This document shows, in pieces, positions 60,564 through 64,000 of a stretch of 64,000 nucleotides of DNA; position 1 is the stretch's first letter, and each line of letters opens with the position of its first letter. The notes beneath the pieces were generated by a model. That model was not told the DNA's origin. It saw nothing but the letters and a program-made list of their open reading frames with translations, and did not search any database. The position numbers and the translations under genes were made by a program. This DNA is from Vitrella brassicaformis CCMP3155 (taxonomy: Eukaryota > Protista > Chromerida), in assembly GCA_001179505.1 (NCBI GenBank), contig CDMY01000047.1:62001-126000 (forward strand). The letters are read 5' to 3'.

Positions 60564-63500
60564 ATGTCGGCGGGCGCTCCGGCCGATGCATCGAATGAGG
60601 ATACCATTGCTGCTGTGTTGCCTCAGCGCCGCCAATTTCACACGGTCCTGACGCAATACTGCCAGCAGGCAGAGCCGAACCTGAAGTGCCCCATCTGGTA
60701 ACAGACAAACAGGCAATTGACGGCTCGATTCGCAATGCATTTCATCTTTCTTTCTCCTGTGCGTTCTGCTTGCAGCGATAGGTTGTTCGATGACCCTCGC
60801 GCCGGTCCATGCAGCCACTTCTACTGCCGGGAGTGCATCTTGGCGCACATTCACATACGGTGCGAGTGCCCCGTCTGCAGAAACTACCTATGGTGAGTGA
60901 GGTTCCCATTCGTATCTGCCGCAACAATACGATGAGTGCCCACACAAAGGAAAGGCCACCTCCCATCTGCTCTCTGTTTGCATGCGCAGCCCTCGTGACT
61001 TGCGCAAGATCGGCCTGCTAGAGAGGATGGTGACGGCCTTCACGGCCCTCCGCCAGCTATTGGACAACATTCCCGATGAGCCTCACGAGGAGGCTGCTGC
61101 AGCAGCACACGACCAGCCGCCCATGCAGCTCGACGATGGCAGGGATGGCAATGGAGCGGACGGAGAGGACGGACACAGAGGGGAGGAGGAGGAGGCCGCA
61201 CCAGCTGCTGCAGCAGCAGCTGCTGCCGGACCGGCTGCTGCTGCTGGGGCATCGTCTGCTGCGCACATGGATGGGGGAAATCGGCGTGTGGTGACCACAC
61301 AGGTGGGGGATGATGAGCGCCACGACCACACGCACGAACCAGACATTACTGGTATGTGTGTCTGTGCGCTGGCTGGTTTCGTTGGTCAGGACGTCGATGC
61401 CATCGAGCGTGATCTGGCGGAGGCTCAGCCTCTGGATGCGAAGATCACGAGCCTCCTCCTCGCATTCGACAGAGGAGAGTTCTCCATACCGCCAGGCATA
61501 CAGGTGTGGCAAAATGCCAAACAACCGTCGTCCTGCATCCATTCATAGCTGCATGCCCGTTTTCGCTTCTTTCTTTCTTTTTCAGTTGCCGTCGACAATT
61601 CCTCATCCAGAGAGTGCCCCTGCTGCCCACTCAGAGCCGCCAGGAGAACCCGACGCAGCAGCAGCCCCCGCAAGACCTCAGAGCGAGTCGCTGCCCCCGC
61701 TGGCCGCCGCATCCCCTCCTCATGATCACCACGATGATGACGATGCCCCGCCCGCCCCTCGCTCCCCTCCATCCCCCAGCCCTTCGCCACCCCAGGCGGC
61801 CATCGACGATGAACCGCCCCCACCTGACGATCCACCAGCTGCTCAAGAGGACGCTCCGGCCCAGCGAGATGGTGGTTCTCCCAGCGTCATTGTCGATTCC
61901 AACGGTCAGGAGGTGCGGGCCGTCGATAGCATCACCGACCTCCTCTTCGCTTCACAGCCGGTCGTTCTGAGGCCCAGGAGGGCCGTGACGTCAACGGGCC
62001 CACGAGAAGAGCCGCCGATCGTCATCGCTGATGAGAGCAGGAACGCGGAGGAGCCGCCCGGGGAGCAGCAGCCTGAGGAGGGGCAGCAAGATGGAGAGAA
62101 GGCTGCAGAGGGCGGGGAGGGGGCGGATCATGATGTGGACATGGAGGATCCGCGGCAAGGTGACGAGGAGCGGCCAGACAATGCAGATGTGGAGGACATA
62201 GATGAGCCCGTCGATAGAGATCGATACCATGGCGACCATGACGACCATGACAACAACAACCGTGCATCCGGTGGCCCCCCCCCACACGACGACGAGCCCC
62301 AAGGCATCAGCCCCATCCTGCGACGGCACCCACACCCGCCCCCAGACCGCCCTCCTCTCGTCAAGCGAGAAGACGAGGTCCTATCCATCGAGTCAAGCCC
62401 ACCAGCGTCGAAACATCGGCCCCAGGCAAAGGCCCCTCCCTCTCGGCTGCCGGCACATGACCATGTGGAGGAGATAGAGGAGCCCGACACCCCGCCCAAG
62501 CCGAACAGGCAGCCATGCGACAATTGGAAGTTCCCTCTCGGACGCGACCGTGGCTTCGTCAGACCTCCTGGGGCCAGGCTGGAGGGGCTGGGGCGCAAGG
62601 GGATGGGAGAGAGACGGCATCTGGGGAGTGCTGTGAGGCCCCCACCACCACCTCCAGCTGCTGCTGCAGCTGCGGCTGCGGCTGCTGCGCCGCGGGTGGC
62701 TTTGAGGCCGCCAGGTGGCGCTGGGATGATGTCGATGGATCTGTTTGGTGAGCGGGGGGAATCAGCCCCCGACCCTCCTGCGGGTGCGGCGGCGGCTGCA
62801 GCAGCGGCCTTGCCCACTCCGTCCCCTCCCTCCCCGCCCCGCAAGAATCGCAAGACATTCGACTGGCGACACTCGGATGAAGGCGAGAGAAAAGAAGGCA
62901 GCATCGCAAAAAGGGAGGAGGTCAAGGATGGGACACCTGCGGGTGATGGCGCCTGTCGGGGCAGTAGGGGCGGGGGTGGTGATGCGCTTGTGGCCGACGG
63001 GGAAAGGGAAAGGGGAAGGGCGGCGGGCGATGAGATGCAGATCGATATGGAGGTGGATATGGCTGTAGATAGAGCGCCTGTGGCGGTGCCGCCCGCCATC
63101 ACTGCGCCGGTGCGTGTGGTGCTGCTGGGCAGCAGCATCGACGAGGAGATGCTCAAGACCATGAAGCAAGCATGCGAGTGAGCGACGCGCACGCACACGT
63201 GCGTTCGAGTGCCGATAGTGATGCACACATATGTGATCCGTTCGTGCGTGTTGACGCGTCCAGGTTGATGCCAGGCACTGTCGTGATGCGATGGACGCCG
63301 AGCGTGACCCATCTGGTCGTGGCTGTCGACGATCAGCAGAGGGTCATCAATCGTACCATGAAGTACTTCATGGTACGTTCGCTCATACGCAGAGGCCAAG
63401 GCGCATGCTCATGTCTCTTTCCTGCTTCCCTTTCTCAGGCGCTGTTGGGCAGCCAGTGGATCGTGACGACTGAGTGGCTGGAGGCGTCGCTGCACAACAA

Positions 63501-64000
63501 GCGATGGATGCCCGAGGAGCCATTCGTAGCCTCAGGTGGGCCGGCCGGGTGACGACAAAGGAGAGACAAGGGGCCCCGTGCTCATGTGTCTCGCTCGTGT
63601 GTGCGGTGACAGGTGACCTGTTCGCCGAGGGGGGGCCGCGGAAATCCCGCCAGTGGAAAGACACCAACCACCCCAACTGCCCAAAACGGTATGTGACCAG
63701 ATAAATCGGACAGCCTCCCTCTCCCTCTATCGACCATCCGTCAGGTTGCTCAAGGGCCTGGCCATCTGCTGTGACTTCTACGAGCTGTCGTCCAGCGTCC
63801 CCAAGGCCGAGGACATCAACCAGGTCGCCCGACTCGCCGGCGCCATCATACTCAAACGACCCGCTGTAGCCAAGCGGAAAGCCAATGCGCCACCGCCCCC
63901 CGACAGCCCCTCCTCCCCCCGACCAAGGCCACTCCCTGACGGAGCGGCCCGCATTCTGCCGTCCCCCATTCGCAAAGCGAGAGGAGGCTCGTCCAGGCGG
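60564..64000 (+). CDS. BRCA1/BARD1-like protein (N-terminal C3HC4 RING, long disordered linker, tandem BRCT); 3' partial
   Basis: Spliced CPICDRLFDDPRAGPCSHFYCRECILAHIHIRCECPVC. BRCT segments THLVVAVDDQQRVINRTMKYFMALLGSQWIVTTEWL and LLKGLAICC. Confidence 0.85.

Noticed and set aside
59982-60854. 290-aa minus ORF running through the promoter into kinase 3
   Set aside because: Its 5' half is antisense to the BRCA1-like exons and the promoter. Homology with copy 1 places the start at 60382 with a frameshift.
1-64000. CRISPR arrays, rRNA, tRNA, prokaryotic operons or bacterial contamination
   Set aside because: No repeat-spacer arrays or structural-RNA signatures were recognised by eye. All genes, including the Big_5 gene, have spliceosomal introns in the host style.

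Overview
Intron-dense, GC-rich eukaryotic DNA whose introns are full of microsatellites ((CA)n, (CAGA)n, (GATG)n, (GAGT)n). The style and the signal+transit-peptide genes suggest a chromerid alveolate such as Vitrella brassicaformis (inference). About 20 spliced genes or pseudogenes lie mostly in tight head-to-head pairs: an NSS/SLC6 transporter, an importin-alpha-like ARM protein, PEX13-like, a 9.6-kb surface-protein gene, IST1, an ELMO-domain protein, a fumarate reductase, RPL18A, a cyclin-like protein, a CREST-like membrane protein, VAP, SERRATE/Ars2, FAM192A-like, CDC14, three paralogous atypical kinases, a BRCA1/BARD1-like gene and three hypotheticals. There are four 300-N scaffold gaps. 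The standout is the surface protein (10424-20039, minus strand). After manual splicing it reads signal peptide, ZP-N-like domain, about 14 Big_5 (SbsA-type Ig) repeats, ZP-C-like domain, dibasic site, EHP-like patch, TM and tail. This looks like a split zona-pellucida module in a non-animal. The second highlight is the kinase cluster, with an HGDYHANN catalytic loop, polybasic-Cys tails, a 29/30-nt intron-exon flip between paralogs, and a copied BRCA1-like promoter. All gene models are manual and all family calls rest on remembered motifs; no search was run.
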